Below, in pieces: positions 18,917-28,713 of a DNA stretch of 48,548 nucleotides. The stretch spans positions 1-48,548 of IMG/VR virus record IMGVR_UViG_3300027780_000023; one strand, 5' to 3'. The DNA comes from a virus. Its lineage: Duplodnaviria > Caudoviricetes. Numbering within the stretch: position 1 is the stretch's first letter; every line of letters starts with the position of its first letter. The notes under the pieces are model-generated. The model was not told the origin of the DNA. It saw nothing but the letters and a program-made list of their open reading frames with translations, and made no database searches. Both the position numbers and the translations under genes were made by a program.

Positions 18917-20401
18917 ATGGCTTTAAATCCACAGTTTGGAGGGTTAGTCCCTTCAGGAACTCAGGAGATATTGAACAGTAACTACCTACAATTTAACACG
19001 GGTGGTGCAGGTGTAAATGATTTTGCACAACAATATTTACCTGAAATTTACGAACAAGAAGTAGAAAGATACGGAAACCGTACTCTATCTGGATTCTTAA
19101 GAATGGTTGGCGCTGAAATGCCAATGACGTCTGATCAAGTAATTTGGTCTGAACAAAATAGATTACACATCTCTTATTCTGGAGTTGTTATAGCTGCTGG
19201 TCCAGGTGCTGGAAACGACACGCTTTTAACTATTCAGAATATTTCAGCTGTTGCACCAGTAGTGCAGAATTTAATATCTATTAATGATACTATAGTTGTT
19301 TTAAACCCTGTTACAGGCGCAGAAACAAAAGGTATTGTTAGTGATTCTGGAGCTTACGCTGGATCTGGATTAAATCCAGGTGATGTTGTATTCACTGCTT
19401 TTGATAACGTAGCTTTCCCAGTAGCAGCTGCTGCCGCAGGTGTTAAAGTATTTGTATACGGCTCTGATTATCAAAAAGGACAAGATATGGCTGGAGCGTT
19501 TGTAGGAGGTGTTGCACCTGCTCAAAATGCACCAAGACTATCTGTTGATCCAGTATTAACTCAATACTCTAACTCACCAATCATATTAAGAACTCAATAC
19601 GTAGTTAATGGTTCTGATATGGCACAAATCGGTTGGGTTGAAGTTGCAACTGAAGATGGAACTTCTGGGTACTTATGGTACTTGAAAGCTGAATCTGAAA
19701 CTAGATTACGTTTCGAAGATTACTTAGAAATGAGTATGATTGAAGCTGAGTTTAATCAGGTTGCTGCAGGTATTGCTGCTAGTCCAGGATCAGAAGGTTT
19801 ATTCGCTGCTATCCAGTCTAGAGGTAATGTACAAACAGGATTTACTGCTGCTGCAGGTCTTGATGAATTTGATGCTATCCTTAAGAATTTAGATACACAA
19901 GGAGCAATTGAAGAAAACATGCTATTCTTACAGAGACAAACATCTCTTGATTTTGACGATATGTTAGCTTCTATCTCTGGCGGATTTGCTGGTGGTACTG
20001 CTTTTGGTTTATTTGAAAACTCAGAAGAAATGGCTTTAAATCTTGGATTTTCAGGATTTAGAAGAGGTTCTTATGACTTCTATAAAACTGATTGGAAATA
20101 CTTAAATGACGCTTCTACTCGTGGAGGAATCAATGGTATTAACTCAGTTGAAGGTGTATTAATTCCAGCTGGAACTTCTACAGTTTATGATCAAATCTTA
20201 GGAACTAATATCCGTAGACCTTTCTTACACGTACGTTATAGAGCTTCACAAGCTGATGACAGACGTATGAAGTCTTGGTTAACTGGTTCTGCAGGTGGAG
20301 CATTTACTTCAACTCTTGATGCTATGGAAGTAAACTTCCTATCTGAAAGATGTTTAGTAACTCAAGCTGCTAATAACTTTGTTATATTCAGAGGAATCTA
20401 A
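18917..20401 (+). CDS. Major capsid protein
   Basis: 494 aa at the canonical position; QQYLPEIYE...RYGNRT, WYLKAESETRLRFEDYLEM, GSEGLFAAIQSRGN, LSERCL; strongly biased codons. Confidence 0.85.
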   Translation: MALNPQFGGLVPSGTQEILNSNYLQFNTGGAGVNDFAQQYLPEIYEQEVERYGNRTLSGFLRMVGAEMPMTSDQVIWSEQNRLHISYSGVVIAAGPGAGNDTLLTIQNISAVAPVVQNLISINDTIVVLNPVTGAETKGIVSDSGAYAGSGLNPGDVVFTAFDNVAFPVAAAAAGVKVFVYGSDYQKGQDMAGAFVGGVAPAQNAPRLSVDPVLTQYSNSPIILRTQYVVNGSDMAQIGWVEVATEDGTSGYLWYLKAESETRLRFEDYLEMSMIEAEFNQVAAGIAASPGSEGLFAAIQSRGNVQTGFTAAAGLDEFDAILKNLDTQGAIEENMLFLQRQTSLDFDDMLASISGGFAGGTAFGLFENSEEMALNLGFSGFRRGSYDFYKTDWKYLNDASTRGGINGINSVEGVLIPAGTSTVYDQILGTNIRRPFLHVRYRASQADDRRMKSWLTGSAGGAFTSTLDAMEVNFLSERCLVTQAANNFVIFRGI

Positions 20402-20415
20402 TAATCAACAATAAT

Positions 20416-20460
20416 GTAATTCTTACCCTCGTTGTATTTACGGGGGTAATTATTACTTTT
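20416..20460 (+). terminator. Hairpin after the major capsid gene (terminator/attenuator or 5' stabiliser)
   Basis: TTACCCTCGT/ACGGGGGTAA stem, outer GTAAT/ATTAC, followed by TTTT. Confidence 0.6.
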
Positions 20461-20466
20461 ATAAAC

Positions 20467-20488
20467 TATTTAATTATATTATATTATG
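20467..20488 (+). repeat. 22-nt leader identical to 17687..17708
   Basis: tatttaattatattatattATG. Confidence 0.85.
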
Positions 20489-21307
20489 GCTAAACAAGCT
20501 AAAGCAGAAACTGTTGAGGTTGCAACTCAAGAAGTAGTTACAAAAGTAGCTGCACCAAAAGAACCAACAAAACCTAGTTGGGAAATAAAAAATAGAACTT
20601 ATTATTTAAAAGGAACTAAAACACCTTTGACGTATACAATTCCAGGAAAGCATACTAGAAAACATGCTTTACTTTATTTTGACGAAGAGTCTGGTAAGCA
20701 GAGAGAAATAAGATATGCAACAAATCAAGATTCGCCTCTTGTAGATGAACAAAAAGGTGAATGTACTATGGGTCATATCAGATTTGATAAAGGAATGCTT
20801 GAGGTAGATAAATCTCAGCAAAATTTACAAAAATTATTATCTTTATACCACCCTTTAAAAGATAAAGCATATCAAGAATACAGCGCTGTTGAAGAAGCTG
20901 TTGATCAATTAGATATTTTAACTCATCAGGTTACAGCGTTAAATGCTGCTATTAGTATGGAAGTAGATCACGCCGAAGCAATTTTAAGAGTAGAATTAGG
21001 ATCAAAAGTAAATGAAATGAGTTCTAAAGAACTTAGAAGAGATTTACTATTATTTGCTAGAAATAATCCTAGTTTATTTTTATCTTTAGCTAATGATGAA
21101 AACGTACAACTTAGAAATGTTGGAATTAGAGCTAGTGAATTAGGAATAATAAAATTATCTTCTGATCAAAGATCTTTTACATGGGGATCAAACGGTAGAA
21201 AATTAATGAATGTTCCTTTTGATGAAAATCCTTATTCAGCATTTGCTGCTTGGTTGAAAACCGATGAAGGAGTAGAAGTTTATAGATCTATAGATAAAAA
21301 ACTATAA
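20486..21307 (+). CDS. Conserved virion-module protein downstream of the major capsid
   Basis: 273 aa; position matches crAss-like head modules; function not recognised. Confidence 0.6.
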   Translation: MAKQAKAETVEVATQEVVTKVAAPKEPTKPSWEIKNRTYYLKGTKTPLTYTIPGKHTRKHALLYFDEESGKQREIRYATNQDSPLVDEQKGECTMGHIRFDKGMLEVDKSQQNLQKLLSLYHPLKDKAYQEYSAVEEAVDQLDILTHQVTALNAAISMEVDHAEAILRVELGSKVNEMSSKELRRDLLLFARNNPSLFLSLANDENVQLRNVGIRASELGIIKLSSDQRSFTWGSNGRKLMNVPFDENPYSAFAAWLKTDEGVEVYRSIDKKL

Positions 21308-21354
21308 AAACAAGTGATACTAATATAGGGCGGTTACGGCCGCCTTTTTAGTAT
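21307..21354 (+). promoter_or_regulatory. Recurrent motif copy 3 overlapping a GC-rich hairpin
   Basis: aaaacaagtgatact, then AGGGCGGT-TACG-GCCGCCTT-TTT with outer ATACTAA/TTAGTAT. Confidence 0.55.
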
Positions 21355-21371
21355 ATTAAAAATAAAAAAAA

Positions 21372-22145
21372 ATGGCAGTAAGTGTAAATACAGTATATCA
21401 AACAGTCTTGTATATAATAAACAAAGAACAAAGAGGTTACGTAACTCCATCAGAATTTGCTAGCTTAGCAACTCAAGTTCAAGATGAAATATTTATATCT
21501 TATTTTCCAGACGGAAATCAAGTAAACCGTCAAAATCAAAGAAATACTCAAAACGATACAGAGTTCTTTAACATGTTTAAAGACATTGCTTATAAGTTAT
21601 ATCCTTTTGAAAAAGACGCAGTGTTTTCTTACGACACTACTAATGATGGATTTGTGTACACAGGTCCTGGTGAAGTGTTTAAACTAGGTCAAATAATATC
21701 TACTTATAGCACTACTAATCCAATATACAATTCTATAACAGAATTAGCCAGTAAAAGTGATTATTCAGAAATAACTAGATCTAAACTAACCACTCCCACT
21801 AATCGTTATCCAATTTGCTTCACAACAAACGCTGTAATATCTCCAAGCGTAACTAGTCAGTTGTTAGTAAAAGTATCTCCTACTCCAAACGTATTAACAA
21901 TAAATTGTTTATTTAAACCCTCTACTCCAAGATGGGATTTTACTATTGGTAATCTTGGTCAATACTTATTTAATCCAGTTGGAGGAACAGCTTCTACTAG
22001 TGTAGATTTTGAATTAGATGTATCAGAGAAAAATAATTTAGTAATAAATATTTTAAAATATTGTGGTATAATAATAAACGATCCCACTATAATTCAAGTT
22101 GCTGAACAAGAAGCTCAAAAAGCTTCAAATAATGAAAAAGCTTAA
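21372..22145 (+). CDS. Putative tail ring/adaptor protein
   Basis: NKEQRGYVTPSEF near the N-terminus; position in the podovirus tail module. Confidence 0.55.
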   Translation: MAVSVNTVYQTVLYIINKEQRGYVTPSEFASLATQVQDEIFISYFPDGNQVNRQNQRNTQNDTEFFNMFKDIAYKLYPFEKDAVFSYDTTNDGFVYTGPGEVFKLGQIISTYSTTNPIYNSITELASKSDYSEITRSKLTTPTNRYPICFTTNAVISPSVTSQLLVKVSPTPNVLTINCLFKPSTPRWDFTIGNLGQYLFNPVGGTASTSVDFELDVSEKNNLVINILKYCGIIINDPTIIQVAEQEAQKASNNEKA

Positions 22146-22148
22146 AAA

Positions 22149-23384
22149 ATGGGATTAATAACAGAAACAAATCAACAATATTACGCAGGTTCTCAAAATT
22201 TTAGAGGCAATGTAGCAAATGATCCTAATCAAACTTTTATAACAACTTTTGATACGGACTTAATACTAGGATCAATCAATAGTTGGGATCCTTCAGATGT
22301 AAATTATGTAACAAATAATTTTAAATTATATATTAGCGCTAGTGGACTAGCTGGAACATGGAGTGAGTGGATTACTGATATGAAAGTTGTTGGTAATACT
22401 ATAGAGCTTGTGGCTGCTCCAGGAGCTAGTGTTTATGTTGTTGTGCAACTAAAGTCACTTACCGGTGGTCAGTATGGTAGCACAGATATAGAAAAAGCAT
22501 TTGGACAAGTTGTTGAAAATAACTACGGCGAATACTCTTACATAAGACTAGGTGATGTTATAGACAATTACATGGTTGGTTACGTTGGTGATGGTAAAAT
22601 AATTCAAACAGCTAAAAAATCCGACGTGTTATTCTTTGCTAAAAGATCATTGCAAGAATTTAGCTATGATACTTTAAAAAGTATACACTCTAGTGAATTA
22701 ACAATACCTGAATCACTGTCTTTGGCAATGCCTCAAGATTACGTTAACTATGTTAGAATGTCTTATATAGATCAGCTAGGTGTTAAAAGAATTATATACC
22801 CAGCAAATAATTTAACTATAAACCCTTACAATACTTTTTTACAAGATAAAGTAGGTTCACCTGTGCAAGACAGTTTGGCTGAAAACTTAGAAGGCACGTC
22901 TATTACAGAAGAAAGATGGGGACAAGCTAACGATAGATTAATAAATGGTCAGTTTTTTAATGATGGTTTTATTAATGGAGATGGATATTTTGGAAACGCT
23001 AGCGGTGCTCTTGGTTGGGGAAGACAATATGGTCTTGATCCACAATATTCTCAATCAAATGGTTGGTTTGGCATAGATGAAAGAGAAGGTAAATTTACTT
23101 TTTCTAGTAACTTAATAGGTAGACTAATAGTTTTAGAATATATTTCAGACGGATTAGCGTATGATTTAGATACTAAAGTTCCTAAGTTAGCAGAAGATGC
23201 TATGTACAAAAGCATATCTTACAATTTAATAGCTAACAGAGCTGGACAACAAGAGTACGTAGTTCAGAGATTTAAAAAAGAAAGATACGCTGCTTTAAGA
23301 AATGCTAAAATAAGATTATCTAATATAAAAATAGAAGAGATCACTCAAGTTATGAGAGGTAAATCTAAATGGATAAAACACTAA
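22149..23384 (+). CDS. Putative tail tubular/ring protein
   Basis: AKRSLQEFSYD, MPQDYVNYV, LEYISDGL; precedes the muzzle gene. Confidence 0.55.
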   Translation: MGLITETNQQYYAGSQNFRGNVANDPNQTFITTFDTDLILGSINSWDPSDVNYVTNNFKLYISASGLAGTWSEWITDMKVVGNTIELVAAPGASVYVVVQLKSLTGGQYGSTDIEKAFGQVVENNYGEYSYIRLGDVIDNYMVGYVGDGKIIQTAKKSDVLFFAKRSLQEFSYDTLKSIHSSELTIPESLSLAMPQDYVNYVRMSYIDQLGVKRIIYPANNLTINPYNTFLQDKVGSPVQDSLAENLEGTSITEERWGQANDRLINGQFFNDGFINGDGYFGNASGALGWGRQYGLDPQYSQSNGWFGIDEREGKFTFSSNLIGRLIVLEYISDGLAYDLDTKVPKLAEDAMYKSISYNLIANRAGQQEYVVQRFKKERYAALRNAKIRLSNIKIEEITQVMRGKSKWIKH

Positions 23385-23390
23385 AATCAA

Positions 23391-26300
23391 ATGAACAAGT
23401 CTAAAAATACTTTCTTAAAGTCCAAGATGAATAAAGACTTGGACGCTCGCATACTTCCTAATAACGAATACAGGGATGCTATAAACGTGCAGGTAAACAA
23501 ATCAGAAGGAGCTAATGTTGGTTCTTTAGAAAATGTTTTAGGAAATTCTAAGGTTGCAGATGCTCAAGTTTTAACTGGATCCGCTAATCTTTATTGTATT
23601 GGTTCTATTGAAGATGAAGCTTCTGGTATTGCTTATTTGTTTTTTACAAACTGGAGTGATGTTCAAGGTCAAAAACCTAACAGCTACAGTCCTTCGGCTA
23701 AAAACTATATACTTGCTTTTAATTCACAAGACACAACCGGAAATCCATTGACTATATTGGTTCAAGGTGGTTTTCTTAATTTTTCTCAAACACGTCCAGT
23801 GCATGGTTTAAGCATAGTTGAAAACTTATTGTTTTGGACAGATAATAGAAACCAACCTAGGTGCATAAATATTAGTTTAGCAAATCCAAATAGACTCGCA
23901 ACACCTACGCATTACACTAACGAAGATCAAATATCTGTTGCAAAATATAATCCCTACAAATGTATAGAGCTTTATGCTGAAAGCAAATTAACAACTTCAG
24001 CAACTCCTCAATACGAAACAACCATGAAGGATGTTACAAGTAAAAATTTACCCAACGGTGGTAATGGATCTTTGAACGCGTCTGTAACAACTGGCGCCAC
24101 AAGTATATTTGTAAAAAACTTTATTGGAGACATACTTTTAGACGGAAACATACAAAATCCGTATAACACTGGCTCTAGTGTTTCATACGTTGATGCTCTT
24201 GGTGTAGTTCAAACTATACCTAGTCTATTGGTAGAAACAGCAACATATGATGATACAGGAGCTACACCTACTTGGGAGTTAACTTTTGCTAGTGGTCTAA
24301 CGTTTACCGAAAACTTACCTAGCAATACTGTTATAATACTTAATGTGAATCCTTATTATAATCCTGAATTTGCAGGTGATCCAACTTATTTAGATGATAA
24401 GTTTGTTAGATTTGGATATAGATTTAAATTTGAAGACAGTCAATATTCTTTATTTTCTACCTTTACTCAAGCTGCTTTTATACCTAAGCAAGATGGTTAT
24501 TTTATGTACGTTAATACTCCTAATTTAAAAGAAGTAAACAATGAATCTGAGACATTAAGAAGTACTATAGTTAGTTTTGTTGAGAACAAAGTAGACGACA
24601 TCAAGTTAAGAATACCACTTCCATACGCTAATTATAGCATGCTAAACTCTTTAAAGGTTACTGCTATAGATATACTTTACAAAGAATCAGATCAACTACC
24701 TATTAAGGTTGTGGACACTGTAGATTCTACAACTCTATATAATTCTTCTGGTATAGCAAATGTAAAAACAACAACAAGCGCGAGTGTTAACGTAAATGTT
24801 GATGGCATACTGGGTGGAATACAAGTTGGTAGTTATGTGACTGGTTTTGGAATTACAACAAACGTGACAGTGGTAAGTTACACGCCAGACAATCCAAGTG
24901 TCTTACCTAGCACTTCAGGTAGGATTGAACTTAGCTCGGTACAAACTTTAATAGCTGGCGTTAAACTAACAATAGGGGAACCTAATTACCACGTTTACAA
25001 TTACCAATCTAAAAAACCGTTTAAAACTTTACCGGAAAAAGATTTAATAAGAGTTTACGACAAAACACCTGTTAGAGCTCTAGCTCAAGAAATTTCAGGT
25101 AATAGAGTTATATATGGAAACTATCAAAACAAACATACTGCACCTGAATACATAGACTATAACGTAGCTATATCACCTAAGTCAGACTTTGATTTAAACG
25201 GAGGAACAGCTGCGGTAAGTGGTAGTTTTCCAATTGGATCTACAGTTATAAATATAACTAACCCAAAAGGAGATATTTTTGTAGGCATGGTGGTTGTTTC
25301 TGATGGAGTAGCTATTGGTACTTTAATAACTAACATAAATGGAAACACTATAACATTAGACACTCCTACTATAGGAATACTAGTAAACTTACAATTAGTT
25401 ATTTTAGAACCAGGAGGTGATACTCAAAACAGTACTAGCAAAATAGAATACCCAAACTCAAGCGTAAAAACAAACAGAAATTACCAAGTTGGTGTTGTGC
25501 TTTCGGATAGGTACGGAAGACAATCTGGTGTTATACTTTCAAATAATAAGGAGTTAATAACAATAGGTAGTAACACTTTTAAAGGTTCTACTATATATTC
25601 ACCATACAATGACATTAATGTTGATCCAGACACTTGGCCTGGAGATTCTATAAAATTAATTTTTAACAATGAAATAGCTACTGTTAGAAATTTTGAAACT
25701 TTCGAACCTGGTGTTTATAATGGTGACGCTACGAGTTTATCTTATAATCCTTTAGGTTGGTATTCTTACAAAATTGTAGTAAAACAAACAGAGCAAGAGT
25801 ACTATAATGTCTACCTGCCTGGTATAATGGCTTCTTATCCTAATGACATAACCTTAGAGGTTGGAGTTACTTCTCATATAGTATTAATAAGTGATAACAT
25901 TAATAAAGTACCTAGAGATTTAACTGAAGTGGGTCCAACACAAAATCAGTTTAGAAGTTCCGTAAAATTATACGGTAGGGTTGAAAACTCTGTTATATCT
26001 ATAACAACAGCGAATGATAACGTGGGTCAAAGTAATTTACAATATTATCCTGGTAGATCAAACGATATAGCTATAACTATTTCTACGGTAAATGATTTGT
26101 TTGATTACGATCCATTAACTCCACCTGAGCCAAATCTTTTTCCGCAATTTTATACGCTAGAATCAAATCCTTATGTAGCTAGAATTAGCACAGCTTCAAA
26201 AATAGGTCAATTAGCTAATATTAATTATACGTCTGTTAGCGCTTTTATAGCAGTAAGCAACACTACTAATACTTTACAGTTATACGGTGAAGTAGGTGCT

Positions 26301-28676
26301 GTTGGTTCCATTGAAGTAGGCATGACAGTTACTGGTCCAAATTTTCCAGACACAGTTGTTGTTTCAGGAGCTGGTTATAATCCGCCAACTCTTGCGGTAA
26401 CAGTAAACACATCAGAATCTAGTAATGTAGCTGGTTTGTTTTTTGCTGGAACCGGCTTGATGTCTGTTGGCCAAATAGTTTCTGGAGCAGGTGTACCAGA
26501 AGGTACTGTTGTTTTAGAAATAATTAATCCTTCAGTAGCAGGCGAACCAAACGTTATACTTAATAATATATCTCCAGTTTCTTCTGGTGAATCTATTGAC
26601 TTTACAACACCTGGTACTTTAATTATAAATGAACAAGTAGCCGTAAACGCAGGTGATAGAATAGATATAACAAGCGAAACAAAGCCAGGTATACAATATC
26701 TAGCGGTTTATGAAACAGAACCAGTAAACAGTTTATTAGATATATTTTGGGAATCATCTACAACAGGTGTTATAGAAGACGTAAATAATATTATACTAAA
26801 CGAAAACACCGGTGGCGAAGCAGCTGGAGGAGTTTCTCCTTTTAATTTAAATAATTTTTTAGAAAGCTTAAGACAAGACCCTGTGACTAGTGAATGGCCA
26901 AACATAACAACTACTCCTTTTGGACTAGTAACTAACTTTGGTACTGTTATAGCTTCGCCGTTAACTTTAGATTCAATAACAGATGGTTTTGGAACAAATG
27001 TACAAACCGCTTATACAGATGACAACAATGTAATTCAACCAGTATTTAGCTTTGAAGAAACAGGATCTGGTAGTAATTTATATAATTTAAAAATAAGTAC
27101 TGGTTTTGTTAATCATATATGGTTTGGAACTGAACCAGAAAGATTTAGTTTCACATGCTTGTTTTCAGCTACTGTAAATGGTTTAACGTCTTCTTTTGAA
27201 AAAGAACTAAACTTAGAAAACGTTTCTCCTCATTTTTATTATTATCAACCAGTAACAATGAATGCCTTAGGATTTCCTACACCTTCTAATATTATAAACG
27301 TTTATAACGTTGTAGGTAACGTAGATGATATAGATATTGGAGACAATGTTGATGGGCCTGGATATCCAGCTAACTTAGTTGTAAGCGGAAATGGTTATAC
27401 ACCTAATGATGTACCTTGGGCACCTGAGTTTATACAACCACAAACAACCGGCGTAAGCAACGCAACAACAATTCCTTTAACCTTTACCCCGCTAGGTAGT
27501 ACTGTAGGTTATTTAATACGTGATGTAGACTCTGTTGGAACTGTTCCGGAAGGCACTTATATAGTATCTATAAGCAGTGGTACTCCTGGAAGTATCGTAG
27601 TTAGTCAAGCGGTTACGTTACCTGCAAATGCTAAAATACAATGGAGACCAACTCCAACGTTAGAGGTTAATCAACAAGTAGCTGTTAGCGATGGAGACAG
27701 TATATCTGTATACGAAGATCCGGTTTGGGATAATTGCCCTATGGGTCCATATTATCCAGGTAATACAACCACTGAAATAATAGCTACTATATACGGAGTT
27801 AACGGAGCTGGATTTGATATTACAGACTTAGCGCCTCAAGGTAATGCAAATGCTTGGAAAGATTTAACCTTTACGATGGGTGATCAATTTAATTCTCAAA
27901 ATGAATTAGTTGATTATTTTGAGTTTGGAAACAGCGGTGTTGCTACTAAAAACGGTACTGGACTTGCTGCTAAAGGAGAAATAACATTATTAAACAAAGG
28001 TTATGAAGATTCTAGTATGCCTTCTGATATATACACTGTAAACATGACTTTAGGAGATCCAGGTGCTTCTGTTTCTTGTTCTGCTATAATAAACACTGGA
28101 GCTAAAGTTTGTTTAATACAACAGTGGAAGTTAACAGGGTTTACTAGAAGCTGCAACGCTAACATACCTATAGATCCTTTTGAGGCTAAATTCACTTTAG
28201 TGTTTTTATGTCCTGAAAACGGTTATGCGTATCCTTTTGGCAATGGTCAAACTGGATGGTACGTGTGGCAAGGTGGATCACAAAATTCTGGAGATTTTCC
28301 TAACTGGGATAATATGCTAGCTTCACAAGGTGGAGGTTCTAATATAAGCATTGTACCTACAAATGGTCTTAACGCTCAGGGACAAAGTAGGTCTCAGTTA
28401 CTAGGTCTAAGTGGTAATGCTTATGATCAATATTGTACAGGCGCTTGGTCAGGTCCTTTTACAAATATTCAAGATGTAGCTATTGGAACTATAGGCAACA
28501 CGTTTGTTTTACCAGGACTATTAACAGGGCTAGCTACTGGAGATTGCATAGGTAATTGCTTAGTGTATAGTGGTGCTTCAGCATGGAGTTGGACTCAAAC
28601 AGCAGGAAGCGGAACAGCAACTCCTATAAATCCTGCGCCTTCTAATTACGTTTTTTCAATAAACGAACCTACGTAA
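23391..28676 (+). CDS. Tail stabilisation/muzzle-like protein, N-terminal part, with inserted repeated beta modules
   Basis: KMNKDLDARILPNNEYRDAIN...GSLEN, LFWTDNRNQPR, GNRVIYGNY, RNYQVGVVLSDRYGR. Confidence 0.7.
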   Translation: MNKSKNTFLKSKMNKDLDARILPNNEYRDAINVQVNKSEGANVGSLENVLGNSKVADAQVLTGSANLYCIGSIEDEASGIAYLFFTNWSDVQGQKPNSYSPSAKNYILAFNSQDTTGNPLTILVQGGFLNFSQTRPVHGLSIVENLLFWTDNRNQPRCINISLANPNRLATPTHYTNEDQISVAKYNPYKCIELYAESKLTTSATPQYETTMKDVTSKNLPNGGNGSLNASVTTGATSIFVKNFIGDILLDGNIQNPYNTGSSVSYVDALGVVQTIPSLLVETATYDDTGATPTWELTFASGLTFTENLPSNTVIILNVNPYYNPEFAGDPTYLDDKFVRFGYRFKFEDSQYSLFSTFTQAAFIPKQDGYFMYVNTPNLKEVNNESETLRSTIVSFVENKVDDIKLRIPLPYANYSMLNSLKVTAIDILYKESDQLPIKVVDTVDSTTLYNSSGIANVKTTTSASVNVNVDGILGGIQVGSYVTGFGITTNVTVVSYTPDNPSVLPSTSGRIELSSVQTLIAGVKLTIGEPNYHVYNYQSKKPFKTLPEKDLIRVYDKTPVRALAQEISGNRVIYGNYQNKHTAPEYIDYNVAISPKSDFDLNGGTAAVSGSFPIGSTVINITNPKGDIFVGMVVVSDGVAIGTLITNINGNTITLDTPTIGILVNLQLVILEPGGDTQNSTSKIEYPNSSVKTNRNYQVGVVLSDRYGRQSGVILSNNKELITIGSNTFKGSTIYSPYNDINVDPDTWPGDSIKLIFNNEIATVRNFETFEPGVYNGDATSLSYNPLGWYSYKIVVKQTEQEYYNVYLPGIMASYPNDITLEVGVTSHIVLISDNINKVPRDLTEVGPTQNQFRSSVKLYGRVENSVISITTANDNVGQSNLQYYPGRSNDIAITISTVNDLFDYDPLTPPEPNLFPQFYTLESNPYVARISTASKIGQLANINYTSVSAFIAVSNTTNTLQLYGEVGAVGSIEVGMTVTGPNFPDTVVVSGAGYNPPTLAVTVNTSESSNVAGLFFAGTGLMSVGQIVSGAGVPEGTVVLEIINPSVAGEPNVILNNISPVSSGESIDFTTPGTLIINEQVAVNAGDRIDITSETKPGIQYLAVYETEPVNSLLDIFWESSTTGVIEDVNNIILNENTGGEAAGGVSPFNLNNFLESLRQDPVTSEWPNITTTPFGLVTNFGTVIASPLTLDSITDGFGTNVQTAYTDDNNVIQPVFSFEETGSGSNLYNLKISTGFVNHIWFGTEPERFSFTCLFSATVNGLTSSFEKELNLENVSPHFYYYQPVTMNALGFPTPSNIINVYNVVGNVDDIDIGDNVDGPGYPANLVVSGNGYTPNDVPWAPEFIQPQTTGVSNATTIPLTFTPLGSTVGYLIRDVDSVGTVPEGTYIVSISSGTPGSIVVSQAVTLPANAKIQWRPTPTLEVNQQVAVSDGDSISVYEDPVWDNCPMGPYYPGNTTTEIIATIYGVNGAGFDITDLAPQGNANAWKDLTFTMGDQFNSQNELVDYFEFGNSGVATKNGTGLAAKGEITLLNKGYEDSSMPSDIYTVNMTLGDPGASVSCSAIINTGAKVCLIQQWKLTGFTRSCNANIPIDPFEAKFTLVFLCPENGYAYPFGNGQTGWYVWQGGSQNSGDFPNWDNMLASQGGGSNISIVPTNGLNAQGQSRSQLLGLSGNAYDQYCTGAWSGPFTNIQDVAIGTIGNTFVLPGLLTGLATGDCIGNCLVYSGASAWSWTQTAGSGTATPINPAPSNYVFSINEPT

Positions 28677-28693
28677 TAAAGTAATTTAACATA

Positions 28694-28708
28694 AAAATAA
28701 GTAATAAT
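28694..28708 (+). promoter_or_regulatory. Recurrent motif, copy 4
   Basis: aaaataagtaataat directly upstream of ATG 28714. Confidence 0.4.
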
Positions 28709-28713
28709 TAATT

